64,000 nt of DNA from an uncultured Prevotella sp. (GTDB lineage: Bacteria > Bacteroidota > Bacteroidia > Bacteroidales > Bacteroidaceae): NCBI GenBank assembly GCA_964420715.1, contig CAYQUN010000012.1, positions 4,418 through 68,417 on the forward strand, written 5' to 3'. Every line of letters begins with the position of its first letter. The stretch's first letter is position 1. The notes beneath the pieces were generated by a model that was given only the letters and a program-made list of their open reading frames with translations, was not told the DNA's origin and made no database searches. Shown in pieces: positions 20,495 through 30,528 of this stretch. The translations under genes were made by a program, and so were the position numbers.

Positions 20495-23266
20495 TTAGAA
20501 TCGGAATAGTATAGTAGGATTCAATGGATAATGCCCCGCATTCTCACCATAGAGAGCGACTCCACCATCACTGTTGGAAGGAACCTCGAATTTGACAACG
20601 GCATTCTTGCCATTCTTAAGGCATGATACGGGAATGTTGATTGTCTCCATATAGCCATATGAGCCTGCCTCGTCAAGACGCTTGTCTTTTTGCGACTGCC
20701 ATGATAAGACTCCACGATGATCGGCAGGATCATCTGGCAGACGAACGGTTCCACAGAGAGTTCCATTAACATAGACATTCAAGATAGAGGGAAATTTTTC
20801 CATACTGGTTTGGGGATAACTGTTGGGTAGACCGCCACGTTCTGAAGTCCCTTTGCCTAACATATAATCGTTGTCTTCGAGATTGGCCTTCTCTCTGTCC
20901 TTGCCGTTGAGACGCTTTGCTGATGCCTCGAAAACCAAAGCCATTTCCTTGACTTTCTTAATCTTGATGTTCTTTGGAATATTCACGACATACTCAAAGA
21001 AGCCATGGCCAGTACCGTTTACCTTCTCGCCTGTCATGGCGGTCCATGTCTTCTGACTCCAATTAGAATTTACATATGAGTCGGGTGCAAAGGTCAGGAC
21101 ACGTGTGTTAGCATCGTCTGCCGCAGTCTTTCCATCTCTTACTCTCAGAAGTGTAAAATTGCGACCAAGAATATTGCCATTGACATCTTTGAGGACAAAG
21201 CGTACTACATAAAGTCCATTTCTTGCCGGAGCCTTCAATTTGGTTGGAACAATTTCGTTGTTGAACCATGGCTGAATAACAATTTCGTCATTGCCGATTT
21301 CCTGCTCACTAATCCTATTCCCAAGGTCGTCCCATCCTGCTAGAGATGATTTAACAGTGACAGAATTATCCTTATCCACATTGTCATTGACGGAAAGGAA
21401 TCTGTTTATTACTATCACGCTGTCAGCATGAACATCCTGAATGAGAGGACAACGCGGTGATATATAGTAGGGTGAATGGAAATCACGCATTGTCATTCCC
21501 GGAACGAAATCGTCCAAACCAAACTCTTTCGGACTACGGTCATAACGTACATACCCATTCCATTCATTAGTAACATCATGATGCTCTGTGTAGAGCCATC
21601 CGGCGCACTTGGGATGAGCACGGAAGGCATTCATCATCTGATGATAGTCCCAAGTAATATCAACATCTCCCGTGGCACCATTATCGTATCCCCAGACATT
21701 GCCACACTCGCTATTAAACATCGGAGCACCTGTCTGCTTATGGCCACCTATAAAGTTCCAAGAAGATCCAACATAAGTATTCTTACATGCATCATCAAGC
21801 ATTGATTCCCAACCGTTTCCGGGCATGTATGCATGCCAGGAATTCAAGTCACTCTCAACATGGTCGTGGTTACAAGCACTCATATCCTCAACCAAACGGG
21901 TCGGATCAAGTGATTTGTTGAGATGGTACATAGAGTCTACCCATGCCTGTGTTTTAGGCAAATAATAACGATGTCCGTCTTCTTTGTTTGATGTGAACAA
22001 TCCCCAAGTCTCGTTGAAATCAACCCATGCGAAAATCGAAGGATGGTTGAAGTCGCGCTTTACTTGGTCACGCATACACTGTTCCCAGTCGGCACGTCCC
22101 AAAGTATTGTCGTCAGCCCACCAGTTAGGCACATCCTGCATAATGAGAAGTCCCAGTTTGTCAGCCCAATAGAGTTTGCGAGGAACTTCCGCCTTGATGT
22201 GCACACGATTTCCGTCAAGACCAAGTTTTTTAGAAATTTCTATTTCGTTCTGGATAAATTTATCTGATGGGAATGTATAATATCCTTGGGGATTATAACT
22301 TTGATCCAAAGTGAGTTGCAAATAGATAGGCTCGTTGTTTAGGGCGACATAAGTATAGTCTGTTCCAGGCATTTTCACAATACTCACTTTTCTTTGTCCG
22401 AAATACGAACTGACGACATCTTGAACAGTATTGTTGTTTAGAAAAACTTTCACTTCATACAAATACGGGTCGCTAAGTTTCCATAGATGCTGATTTTGCA
22501 AGTTCACAGTGAACTTGAAGATTGTATCGCTTGCGTTCTTTGATGTCGGCTTAAATGTGTAGTCTGGGCCGTCATTGTTGTTAAAATGTATACGCAGTGT
22601 ACCGTTTTTTCCAATGGGTTTGTTAAGTCCCACTTCTACGTTGACCAAGGAATTGTCAATGTCAGGCAAGAAATGAATGTAATCAATATAGTTCTGGCCA
22701 CGCCCTTCAAGATAAACTGTTTGCCAAATTCCACGCACGTCGCCATAGCCCTGTTTGCCATATAAGCGGCGGTTGTCAGGTGTGTCGTCCACAACTACAG
22801 CAAGATGTTGCGGGATTCCATAATTGGTGATATGCTTTGTCAGCTCAACCTCAAATGGAGTGTAACCACCTTTGTGCTGTTTCAACAGTTTCCCGTTCAA
22901 CCAAATCTGCGTATCATAATCGGATGCACCAATAACCAAGAAGATTCTTTGTCCCTTCCAAGTTTCCGGAACAACAATGTCACGGGCATAATACCCCTTG
23001 TCACCACCATTATCTACTCCTGACAAGGGCGTCCCCCAACCAAAAGGAACGTTGATTACCTTGTCGAGTTTAGCGGTCGTATTTCCCCGAACCGCCCTTT
23101 GGCCATTTTCTTTGTCAAATGTGAACTGCCATTCTCCATTCAGGTTCATCCAATTTACTCTTTCAAAGTCTGGACGCGGATGCTCTGGAAGAGGAATTTC
23201 CTGCGCATAACCCTTGGTAAGGCCAAAGGCAAGAACCATAGTAAAAATTAAACCTTTTAATTTCAT
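20495..23266 (-). CDS. GH2 glycoside hydrolase with a C-terminal extension
   Basis: PEHPRPDFER..WMNLNGEW, HKGGYTPF, RVHIKAE..YWADKLGLL, DFNETWG and NSECG motifs. Confidence 0.88.
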   Translation of the reverse strand: MKLKGLIFTMVLAFGLTKGYAQEIPLPEHPRPDFERVNWMNLNGEWQFTFDKENGQRAVRGNTTAKLDKVINVPFGWGTPLSGVDNGGDKGYYARDIVVPETWKGQRIFLVIGASDYDTQIWLNGKLLKQHKGGYTPFEVELTKHITNYGIPQHLAVVVDDTPDNRRLYGKQGYGDVRGIWQTVYLEGRGQNYIDYIHFLPDIDNSLVNVEVGLNKPIGKNGTLRIHFNNNDGPDYTFKPTSKNASDTIFKFTVNLQNQHLWKLSDPYLYEVKVFLNNNTVQDVVSSYFGQRKVSIVKMPGTDYTYVALNNEPIYLQLTLDQSYNPQGYYTFPSDKFIQNEIEISKKLGLDGNRVHIKAEVPRKLYWADKLGLLIMQDVPNWWADDNTLGRADWEQCMRDQVKRDFNHPSIFAWVDFNETWGLFTSNKEDGHRYYLPKTQAWVDSMYHLNKSLDPTRLVEDMSACNHDHVESDLNSWHAYMPGNGWESMLDDACKNTYVGSSWNFIGGHKQTGAPMFNSECGNVWGYDNGATGDVDITWDYHQMMNAFRAHPKCAGWLYTEHHDVTNEWNGYVRYDRSPKEFGLDDFVPGMTMRDFHSPYYISPRCPLIQDVHADSVIVINRFLSVNDNVDKDNSVTVKSSLAGWDDLGNRISEQEIGNDEIVIQPWFNNEIVPTKLKAPARNGLYVVRFVLKDVNGNILGRNFTLLRVRDGKTAADDANTRVLTFAPDSYVNSNWSQKTWTAMTGEKVNGTGHGFFEYVVNIPKNIKIKKVKEMALVFEASAKRLNGKDREKANLEDNDYMLGKGTSERGGLPNSYPQTSMEKFPSILNVYVNGTLCGTVRLPDDPADHRGVLSWQSQKDKRLDEAGSYGYMETINIPVSCLKNGKNAVVKFEVPSNSDGGVALYGENAGHYPLNPTILFRF

Positions 23267-23301
23267 TATAATATGATGTTTTCTGTTTAGATAATACATA
23301 C

Positions 23302-24753
23302 TTAGAGTTCCATACCTTCACACGAAATATTCTCAATGTGTAACCCTGTAACTTTCTCGGTTTCCAAGCCACGTGTGTGATAAGAATGTCTTTTACCTTC
23401 GAACTTCATCGTCCCATCACGGAAGAAGATATTTTTGGCATTGTGTATGAAAACAATAGGAATATCGTGCTTGAAAATCTCTTTGTGTGGTTCCAATGTA
23501 GGCCGGAGATCGAAGTTTCCACCTTCTATGTCTTCCAACTTGCTCTCTTTGAGGACAAAACTAAATCCGGTAAAACTAACATTCTCGATGAGGCTCTCGT
23601 CGGTAGCCCATAAGACTATGGAACTTTCCCCATCACAGTTGATATTGTTGAAATGTACATTACGAACCTTGCCCACGGGATGTCCTTCAACACCTTTCAT
23701 TGCAGAAATTCTTATAGGTTCGCCATTGCCCCACCAGTCGCCCGTGTGAAGTCGTGTATGTATGTTTATATTGTTGAAGTTGCAGTTTGTCAGTCCTGCG
23801 TAGTCGCCAAGACTGATTAGTATGCCTCGGTTGGAATCATAGATGGAAATATTCGAGAAATTATAATCCATCATCTCATTTTGGTCCCATCCTCCGATAC
23901 GAATACCTGCAGAACGCGATTGGAGCACGCAATTGGAAATGTTGATATTACGCGATGGTTCCATAATATCTTTAAACCCCGGATCGCCAAAGTGATGAGC
24001 ATAACCAGTAAGAGTAATGGCGTCGTCACCACAACGTATTATGCAATCACTTACGTTAACGTCACTGCTAGAGTCTATATCAAGCCCGTCGCTGTTGGGT
24101 ATCAGCAAGTTGTTGTCTATATTCAGGCCCTCAACCCAAACATCGTGGCAGTGTACTATAAGGAATGTCCAATAGGGGGCGTCTTTCACGTGAAAGTCTG
24201 TTAGGCGTACATTCTTGCAATTAGAAAAGATAATCATCTGATGAAATCTCGACTTGGGATAGACTGGACCATCACCGAGTCCACCATCTTGAACCTTGCG
24301 GAAGTTTTTCCCTTGGCGTATGTCATTAAGAACCGGACCGAAAATAGTTTTGGGAATGTCTGTCATAAACTCCATTCCGCGCCCGTTTATCAACCCATTA
24401 CCTGTTATGGCTACGTTTTGGGCATCTTCTGTATAGAAAAGCCCGGCCAATGAGTCATTATGTTGTTGATACTCGTCGAGGTCAAGTGTAGCTCTTATTT
24501 CAGAACCATTGTCAAGATGCAGTTCAACACCGGATTTGAGGTTAATCGTACCACTAAGATAAATTCCACGTGGCAGCACGACTCTTCCTCCGCCCTCTTT
24601 TGAACATAGGTCTATAGTGGCTTGTAACGCTTTAGTGTCAAGAGTGACCCCATCTCCTTTCGCACCATAATTCAACACATTATAGTCAACGGCATATGCA
24701 GAAGAAAAGCATATTAGAAAGAGTAATAATAAACAGCTGATTTTTTTTCCCAT
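23302..24753 (-). CDS. GH28 / pectin-lyase-like beta-helix glycoside hydrolase
   Basis: YGAKGDG, GNGLINGRG and NSDGLD...GDDAI catalytic Asp motifs. Start set at MGKKISCLL. Confidence 0.8.
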   Translation of the reverse strand: MGKKISCLLLLFLICFSSAYAVDYNVLNYGAKGDGVTLDTKALQATIDLCSKEGGGRVVLPRGIYLSGTINLKSGVELHLDNGSEIRATLDLDEYQQHNDSLAGLFYTEDAQNVAITGNGLINGRGMEFMTDIPKTIFGPVLNDIRQGKNFRKVQDGGLGDGPVYPKSRFHQMIIFSNCKNVRLTDFHVKDAPYWTFLIVHCHDVWVEGLNIDNNLLIPNSDGLDIDSSSDVNVSDCIIRCGDDAITLTGYAHHFGDPGFKDIMEPSRNINISNCVLQSRSAGIRIGGWDQNEMMDYNFSNISIYDSNRGILISLGDYAGLTNCNFNNINIHTRLHTGDWWGNGEPIRISAMKGVEGHPVGKVRNVHFNNINCDGESSIVLWATDESLIENVSFTGFSFVLKESKLEDIEGGNFDLRPTLEPHKEIFKHDIPIVFIHNAKNIFFRDGTMKFEGKRHSYHTRGLETEKVTGLHIENISCEGMEL

Positions 24754-24847
24754 AATATTTTTGTTGAAAATAGCCCCGATAATGTAATAGTCTCTGAGAT
24801 TATGATTATTTAATCCATGATTTTTCAATTGGTTTTTTATTTGTATG

Positions 24848-24891
24848 CAAAAATAAAACAAATATCCCTAAACAGTTGACACTCTTTTGAC
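24848..24891 (-). promoter_or_regulatory. Promoter with operator motif A (GH28-GH2-GH5 operon)
   Basis: Minus strand GTCAAAAGAGTGTCAA-N20-TATTTTTG. Confidence 0.7.
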
Positions 24892-25152
24892 CAAAAACAA
24901 TATTATTCTTCCAATTTAATTAGACAAATCTATCCAAAGAAAATCACATAAACCAACAAGACACGATGATAACAAGGGCTATATTTGCGATTGGAATTGT
25001 AAAAGCATGGATAATCTTATATCATCGAAAAGTAATACAAGAAAAAAGAAGAACGGAGAGGGAGATGCGGCATAGAATTATGGCATAGAATGTTGATGCA
25101 TTTAAAAAAAAGACAGACAAAGAAGAAAATATCCGCAATAGTGTAATATATA

Positions 25153-25196
25153 GTCAAAAAAGTATCAACGAATTCGGTTTTTATATATTACCTTTG
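25153..25196 (+). promoter_or_regulatory. Promoter with operator motif A (GH26-GH130-MFS-epimerase operon)
   Basis: GTCAAAAAAGTATCAA-N20-TACCTTTG. Confidence 0.7.
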
Positions 25197-25221
25197 CAAA
25201 GAAATTTAAAAGAAACCTATA

Positions 25222-26301
25222 ATGTATAATACTAGAATTATCCATAAGTTCATCGTTGCAATAGCCTTGTTCTCTTTGTGTTTGGCAACGGCCCAAGCGT
25301 CTCCAGCGACAAGGTTGGTCAAAAGATTGAAGAAGATTGAACGGGCCGGCATTATGCTTGGGCATCAAGACGATCCAGTGTACGGACATAACTGGAAGTG
25401 GGAACAAGGAAAGAGCGATGTAAGGGACGTAACAGGAGATTATCCCGCACTTATGGGATTTGAGCTTGGTGACATAGAGCTTGGACACGACAGGAGCCTT
25501 GACAAAGTACCCTTCGACCGCATTCGCCAAGAGATTATAGCACAAGACGAACGTGGCGGAATTATTGAAATAAGCTGGCACGCCAACAATCCAGTGACAG
25601 GCAAGAATGCGTGGGACCCAAGTGGAAATGCTGTAAAAGAGGTACTTCCTGGCGGAAGACTGAACAACAAGTTTAACGATTGGTTGGATAAAGTCGCCAC
25701 CTTCCTGCTTTCTTTAAAAGATAAGAAGGGGAACTTGATACCTGTTATTTTCCGTCCATGGCATGAAATGGGCGGCGGATGGTTTTGGTGGGGAAAGGGA
25801 AATTGCACGCCAGACGAATACAAGCAACTTTACATCTACACATTCGACACTTTCACCAAGAAGTACAAGCTCAACAACTTGGTGTGGTGCTATTCGCCAA
25901 ATACAGGTGACGAAGACATCCTGACATACTATCCTGGTGATAAATACGCTGACCTTATCGGTTTCGATTTCTACGACTTTGATGGTGACAACGACAAATA
26001 TCGAACCGGACTGGACAAGGAGTTAGACAGGCTTGTAAAGACCTGTGCTGAACACAAGAAAATTGCCGCGATTACTGAAACCGGCGCGCAACGACTGCCT
26101 GATAAGGACTGGTTTACAAAGGTGTTTTGGCCAGTGGCCCAAAAATACAAGATAAGCTATGCACTTTTTTGGCGTAATGCATGGGACGACCACAAGGAGA
26201 CCTACCTTCCCTACCCTGGTGCCGCTTCAGAACAGGACTTCAAGAAGTTTGTCGCAGAAGACAGGGTTCTTCTTTTAAAGGACATCGAGAATATAAGATA
26301 A
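25222..26301 (+). CDS. GH26 beta-mannanase (no lipobox; likely periplasmic and mannobiose-producing)
   Basis: MLGHQDD, FRPWHEMGGGWFWWG and AITETG motifs; followed by GH130, MFS and epimerase genes. Confidence 0.92.
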   Translation: MYNTRIIHKFIVAIALFSLCLATAQASPATRLVKRLKKIERAGIMLGHQDDPVYGHNWKWEQGKSDVRDVTGDYPALMGFELGDIELGHDRSLDKVPFDRIRQEIIAQDERGGIIEISWHANNPVTGKNAWDPSGNAVKEVLPGGRLNNKFNDWLDKVATFLLSLKDKKGNLIPVIFRPWHEMGGGWFWWGKGNCTPDEYKQLYIYTFDTFTKKYKLNNLVWCYSPNTGDEDILTYYPGDKYADLIGFDFYDFDGDNDKYRTGLDKELDRLVKTCAEHKKIAAITETGAQRLPDKDWFTKVFWPVAQKYKISYALFWRNAWDDHKETYLPYPGAASEQDFKKFVAEDRVLLLKDIENIR

Positions 26302-26319
26302 AACCAAATATAACACACA

Positions 26320-27483
26320 ATGACTGATTTCAAAGAAAAAGTAAAGACTCTGCGTGCCCACCACGAGCAATTACTTTCGCGCAAGAACGAACCCCAGCAG
26401 TGGGGTAACGGCATATACACCCGTTATAAATACCCTATCATAACCGCGGAGCACGTGCCTTTGGAATGGAAGTATGACTTCAACGAGAAAGACAATCCAT
26501 TTCTCGAACAACGCATTATGTGCAATGCCACACTAAACTCGGGAGCCATAAAGTTCAATGACAAATATTGCCTCGTCGTACGTGTCGAGGGGGCTGACCG
26601 TAAGAGTTTTTTTGCCGTAGCCGAGAGTCCTAATGGTATTGATAATTTCCGTTTCTGGCCAGAACCCATCACCATGCCCGACGACACGATTCCTGCAACC
26701 AACATCTATGACATGCGCCTCACACAACACGAAGACGGATATATATATGGTGTATTCTGTGCCGAGAGGCATGACGACAGCAATCCTGGCGACTTGTCCG
26801 CAGCTACAGCCACAGCAGGCATAGCGCGCACCAAAGACCTCGTTCATTGGGAGCGTCTTCATGATTTAAAATCCAAGAGTCAGCAGCGCAACGTTGTGCT
26901 CCATCCCGAGTTCGTTAATGGCAAGTATGCCTTCTACACTCGTCCACAGGACGGTTTTATCGAAACCGGATCAGGAGGGGGCATTGGCTGGGCATTGATA
27001 GATGACATTACCAATGCTGAAATCAAAGACGAGCAGATTATTTACGCACGTCATTACCATACAATTACAGAAGTGAAGAATGGCGAAGGCCCACAACCTA
27101 TAAAAACCGCCAAGGGGTGGCTGCATCTTGCTCACGGTGTGCGTGGTACGGCAAGCGGACTGCGCTACGTGCTATATATGTATATGACGGCTCTTGACGA
27201 CCCGACCAAGGTCATAGCTCGTCCGGGAGGCTACTTCCTTGTACCGGAAGGTCAAGAATATGTCGGTGATGTACTAGATGTCGTTTTCTCTAATGGCTGG
27301 ATTGCTGACTCTGACGGTACGGTCTACATCTATTATGCCAGTTGTGATACTCGTATGCACGTCGCCACATCAACAATCGACAAGCTCGTTGACTATTGCG
27401 TCAACACTCCGGAAGACGGCTATAGCACCTCAGCCTCTGTCGAAACCATAAAGAAACTTATCGCAAAAAACAAGGCTCAATAA
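26320..27483 (+). CDS. 4-O-beta-D-mannosyl-D-glucose phosphorylase (GH130)
   Basis: [29 protein letters not shown] and YTRPQDGFI motifs; mannan-operon context. Confidence 0.92.
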   Translation: MTDFKEKVKTLRAHHEQLLSRKNEPQQWGNGIYTRYKYPIITAEHVPLEWKYDFNEKDNPFLEQRIMCNATLNSGAIKFNDKYCLVVRVEGADRKSFFAVAESPNGIDNFRFWPEPITMPDDTIPATNIYDMRLTQHEDGYIYGVFCAERHDDSNPGDLSAATATAGIARTKDLVHWERLHDLKSKSQQRNVVLHPEFVNGKYAFYTRPQDGFIETGSGGGIGWALIDDITNAEIKDEQIIYARHYHTITEVKNGEGPQPIKTAKGWLHLAHGVRGTASGLRYVLYMYMTALDDPTKVIARPGGYFLVPEGQEYVGDVLDVVFSNGWIADSDGTVYIYYASCDTRMHVATSTIDKLVDYCVNTPEDGYSTSASVETIKKLIAKNKAQ

Positions 27484-27520
27484 GGAAAAGCTTTATTACA
27501 AGCATTCAACAAAAAAGGGA

Positions 27521-28864
27521 ATGGCAACATTAAAAGAAAAAATAGGTTATGCGCTTGGTGACGCCGCTGCGGGAGGCATCACGTGGAAAATCATGTCAAT
27601 AGCGTTCCCGCTATTCTTCACCAACGTCTTCGGTCTCAGTTTTGCCGATGCTGCAACGCTTATGCTTGTAGCACGCATGTTTGATGTCATCACCGACCCC
27701 ATCATGGGGTCCTTGGCTGACCGTGTGCAGTCTCGCTGGGGCACTTATCGTCCATTCCTTATTTTTGGAGCACTGCCTTTCGGACTTATCTTTGCCTTAC
27801 TTTTGCAAACACCCGACCTCGGTATGACGGGCAAGCGCATATATGCCTACACGCTCTACTTGTTGATGATGGCTATATACACCGCCGTAAATGTCCCTTA
27901 TGGTTCCTTGCTCGGCGTAATGACCAGCGATGACAACGAGAAGAACCAATTTTCTTCTTTCCGCATGGTTGGAGCCTATGCAATGGGCTTTATAACCCTT
28001 CTTTCTTTTCCCTACTTACAGAAGATTTTTGGGGGCACAGAGCAGCATCAATATTCCATGATAGGCATATTCTTTGGTATCATAGCCGCTATAATGACTT
28101 TCGCTTGCGGCATGCTTACCAAAGAGCGTCTAAAGCCGAAACGAGCAGCCAAATATTCAGGAAAGCAATTCGTTGACCTCGTAAAGAATCGCCCTTGGCT
28201 TTATCTCACATGCATTAGTATTTGCACAAACTTCTTTAATGGATTCCGCTATGCCGCAGCCGGTTATATGTTTACATACTGCCTTGGGGGAGACATTACG
28301 GTGGGCAAGCTCATCATCAACTACACCGTGTTTATGACCTTTGGCGAACTAACCTGTATGATTTTCGGCGGCATCAGCCCTTGGTTTACAAAAAAGGTTG
28401 GCTCCAAAAAGAATGCTTTCATCATTGCCGCCATAATTTGCTTTGTTTTCTCAGTAGCCTTCTTCTTCGTACCGATGAAGCCTTCCTCTGTATGGATAAT
28501 GATTATACTTGTCATTCTGACATCATTCGGCATAGGTCTCTATTCTCCCTTGTTATGGTCCATGTACTCAGATGTTGCCGACTATGCTACAGAAAAGAAT
28601 GGCACATCTTCTACAGGCCTCATTTTCTCTTCTGGTACGATGGCACAAAAACTTGGAACAGCCATTTCGGGTGCGCTCGTCGCCCTGTTCCTCGGTATGG
28701 CGGGTGCCAGCATGACAACAGACAAGATGGGCAATTCGATTGTAGACCCCTCATCCATTACCTCTTCGGTTCTTGACATGATATGGTCGTTGTTCTCTCT
28801 CTTCCCTGCCGCCATTATCATTATTATGTTGATATTACTGGTAAAATATCCAATTAAGAAATAA
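27521..28864 (+). CDS. GPH-family (MFS) sugar:cation symporter
   Basis: EKIGYALGD, DVITDPIMG, RWGTYRPFL and SDVADY motifs; about 12 hydrophobic helices. Confidence 0.92.
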   Translation: MATLKEKIGYALGDAAAGGITWKIMSIAFPLFFTNVFGLSFADAATLMLVARMFDVITDPIMGSLADRVQSRWGTYRPFLIFGALPFGLIFALLLQTPDLGMTGKRIYAYTLYLLMMAIYTAVNVPYGSLLGVMTSDDNEKNQFSSFRMVGAYAMGFITLLSFPYLQKIFGGTEQHQYSMIGIFFGIIAAIMTFACGMLTKERLKPKRAAKYSGKQFVDLVKNRPWLYLTCISICTNFFNGFRYAAAGYMFTYCLGGDITVGKLIINYTVFMTFGELTCMIFGGISPWFTKKVGSKKNAFIIAAIICFVFSVAFFFVPMKPSSVWIMIILVILTSFGIGLYSPLLWSMYSDVADYATEKNGTSSTGLIFSSGTMAQKLGTAISGALVALFLGMAGASMTTDKMGNSIVDPSSITSSVLDMIWSLFSLFPAAIIIIMLILLVKYPIKK

Positions 28865-28867
28865 ATA

Positions 28868-30046
28868 ATGAATCTTAAAGAAGAAGTACGGCAATGTCTC
28901 ACGGGAAACATACTGCCTTATTGGATAGAGAAAGTTGAAGACCACGAGAATGGCGGCTTTTATGGAAGAATAGACGGTCACGACATCGTCCATTCCCAAG
29001 CTGAGAAAGGCGCCATTCTCAATGCCCGCATTTTATGGGCGTTCTCTGCGGCCTATCGTGTTTTAAAAAGGACTGACTATCTTGAAGCTGCCACACGTGC
29101 CAAAGACTATATCCTGCAACACTTTATTGACTATGAATTCGGTGGTGTTTATTGGAGTCTCGATTACAAAGGCAATCCTCTCGATGTTAAGAAACAAACC
29201 TATGCCATAGGGTTCACCATATACGGTCTAAGCGAATACGCTCGTGCAACAGGCGACAAAGAGTCACTTGACACAGCCATAAAACTCTATCATGATATAG
29301 AAAACCATGCTTTAGACAGCAAAAACAAGGGTTACATCGAAGCCCTGACTCGCAACTGGCAGCCTATCGCCGACATGCGTCTTTCCGACAAGGACGAGAA
29401 TGGCAGCCGCACTATGAATACCCACCTTCACATCATAGAACCATACACCAATCTATACCGTGTGTGGAAATCTCAGGAACTTAAGGAAAGCATCATCAAT
29501 TTGCTCCAAATCTTCACAAAAATCTTACTCAATCAGGAAACACATCATTTAGACCTCTTTTTCGATGACGAATGGCACGGGAAGCGGAATATAGAAAGTT
29601 ACGGGCACGACATAGAAGCAAGTTGGTTGCTCCATGAGACAGCGTTGGTACTCGGTGATGCTCAAATCCTCAAAGAGATAGAGCCTATCGTGAAAGAGAT
29701 AGCCATGGCAGCCGACGAAGGTCTGCAACCAGACGGCTCCATGATTTATGAACATTGGAAGGACTCTGGAAAATTTGACACACAGCGCCAGTGGTGGGTC
29801 ATGTGCGAATGCATCATTGGACACATCAATTTGTATCAACATTTTGGTAACAAGGAGTCTCTTGGCATTGCGGAAAGATGCTGGGAGTTCACCAAAGAAA
29901 AGTTAATTGACAAAGTTAACGGCGAATGGCATTGGAGTTCTGATGCATCCGGGCTGATCAACTACAATGATGACAAGGCCGGCTTTTGGAAGTGTCCTTA
30001 CCACAATAGCCGTATGTGTTTGGAACTCATGGAAAGGAATTTCTAA
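28868..30046 (+). CDS. Cellobiose/mannobiose 2-epimerase (AGE family)
   Basis: KGAILNARILW, MNTHLH, SYGHDIE and WKCPYHNSR motifs. Confidence 0.92.
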   Translation: MNLKEEVRQCLTGNILPYWIEKVEDHENGGFYGRIDGHDIVHSQAEKGAILNARILWAFSAAYRVLKRTDYLEAATRAKDYILQHFIDYEFGGVYWSLDYKGNPLDVKKQTYAIGFTIYGLSEYARATGDKESLDTAIKLYHDIENHALDSKNKGYIEALTRNWQPIADMRLSDKDENGSRTMNTHLHIIEPYTNLYRVWKSQELKESIINLLQIFTKILLNQETHHLDLFFDDEWHGKRNIESYGHDIEASWLLHETALVLGDAQILKEIEPIVKEIAMAADEGLQPDGSMIYEHWKDSGKFDTQRQWWVMCECIIGHINLYQHFGNKESLGIAERCWEFTKEKLIDKVNGEWHWSSDASGLINYNDDKAGFWKCPYHNSRMCLELMERNF

Positions 30047-30346
30047 TTCGTCGAATCCGAAACTTGGATAACAATCCCGATAACCCTCAGAAGTTACGCG
30101 GGATTTATTTTTTCCCAAATCATCTTGGCATATCCCTGACCCAAAGTCATACAAAGCATCTTGATATGCGCTTTTTGATGACGTAATCATCCTCCTTTTT
30201 TCTTCGCCACCCGCCATACAGCCCCTATTCCTGTCAAGTCATTTTTACATACAAGAAGATGTCAACCTTGGCGTTTTTCTTTTCCTCTTATCTAAAATAA
30301 GGAAAATTGTCCACAATAGCGAAAAACACCTTAAAGAAACAGCATT

Positions 30347-30413
30347 TTGAGAAGATTGTTACATAAATTGAGAAAATTTTTAAGAGAAAAGCGAAGATAT
30401 AAGCCTAACTTTG
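30347..30413 (+). promoter_or_regulatory. Promoter with operator motif B (21-bp-period direct repeat)
   Basis: TTGAGAAGAT-N11-TTGAGAAAATTTTTAAG-N21-TAACTTTG. Confidence 0.8.
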
Positions 30414-30528
30414 TACAATAATAAATATGTTTTTTAACTCAAATTCGACTATACGCAACAATATCAAAGCTAATTGGCCCGGGCTTTTAAACGGGCAAAA
30501 AATAAATAAAAATAAAACCTACAAAGTT

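Noticed and set aside
29903-30217. 104-aa minus-strand ORF and a possible pseudogene at the cassette junction
   Set aside because: It overlaps the epimerase antisense, and none of the three frames gave a family I could recognise.
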